From Hydrurus foetidus (taxonomy: Eukaryota), in NCBI GenBank assembly GCA_900617105.1, contig UYFQ01000277.1, positions 1 to 49,998 of the forward strand: DNA of 49,998 nucleotides, given 5' to 3'. The position numbers and the translations under genes are program-made. The notes below the pieces were generated by a model. It was not told the origin of the DNA, ran no database searches, and saw nothing but the letters and a program-made list of their open reading frames with translations. Positions 49,870 through 49,998 of this stretch are shown here, one piece after another (position 1 is the stretch's first letter; the number at the start of each line of letters is the position of its first letter).

Positions 49870-49998
49870 CGCGTGCGAAGATGTATGGACCTAAGCGGGA
49901 CGCTGTACTTCAAGTGTAGTGTAGGTTTGAATTGTTGCTGCGTTGAAAGGGACTCGGGGACTTCAGCAGGGATGAAGCACAGTCAAATTAACAAGTGA
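49754..49998 (+). repeat. Copia 3' LTR (partial)
   Basis: Matches 37792-38014 except (GT)19 versus (GT)8. Confidence 0.92.

Larger units (their letters stand above)
37792..49998 (+). mobile_element. Ty1/Copia LTR retrotransposon, defective, interrupted by a Gypsy; 3' LTR runs off the window
   Basis: 5' LTR TGTTGGA...TCCAACA (37792-38119). 3' LTR starts at 49754 after a purine tract (ATAGGGGTG). Domain order gag-PR-IN-RT-RH. Confidence 0.92.

Noticed and set aside
1..49998. tRNA or rRNA genes
   Set aside because: I saw no cloverleaf/T-loop or rRNA signature by eye; a covariance-model scan would be needed to exclude them.

Overview
Eukaryotic genomic DNA with GT-AG introns, most likely from a plastid-bearing stramenopile (ochrophyte-like): several genes carry signal-peptide plus 'ASAF-like' plastid leaders. 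The window has two halves. Bases 1-18.6 kb hold host genes: a calpain with microsatellite- and MITE-filled introns, a cyclin H-like gene, type I methionine aminopeptidase, an orphan, an ABHD17-like hydrolase, a CBP3/UQCC1-like chaperone with a C-terminal WW domain, and a VTE5-like phytol kinase. From 18,659 to the end it is almost entirely a transposon island: (i) a head-to-tail trimer of a ~3.84 kb Crypton-type tyrosine-recombinase element whose four junctions share one 7-bp core, TAAAATG; (ii) a Sola2-like DDD transposon with 21-bp TIRs and a TGGC TSD; (iii) a broken hAT-like element; (iv) a defective Copia element with an inverted chromodomain Gypsy nested inside it. The strongest signal is the Crypton array. 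The host DNA right of the insertion mimics the element's own left end, and TTACGAA/TTCGTR motifs surround the circle-type junction. This suggests an att-like, sequence-directed integration system that re-targets itself and builds tandem arrays. Many apparent frameshifts in the TEs are single-base homopolymer deletions and may be consensus errors. All family calls come from motif recognition, without database searches.
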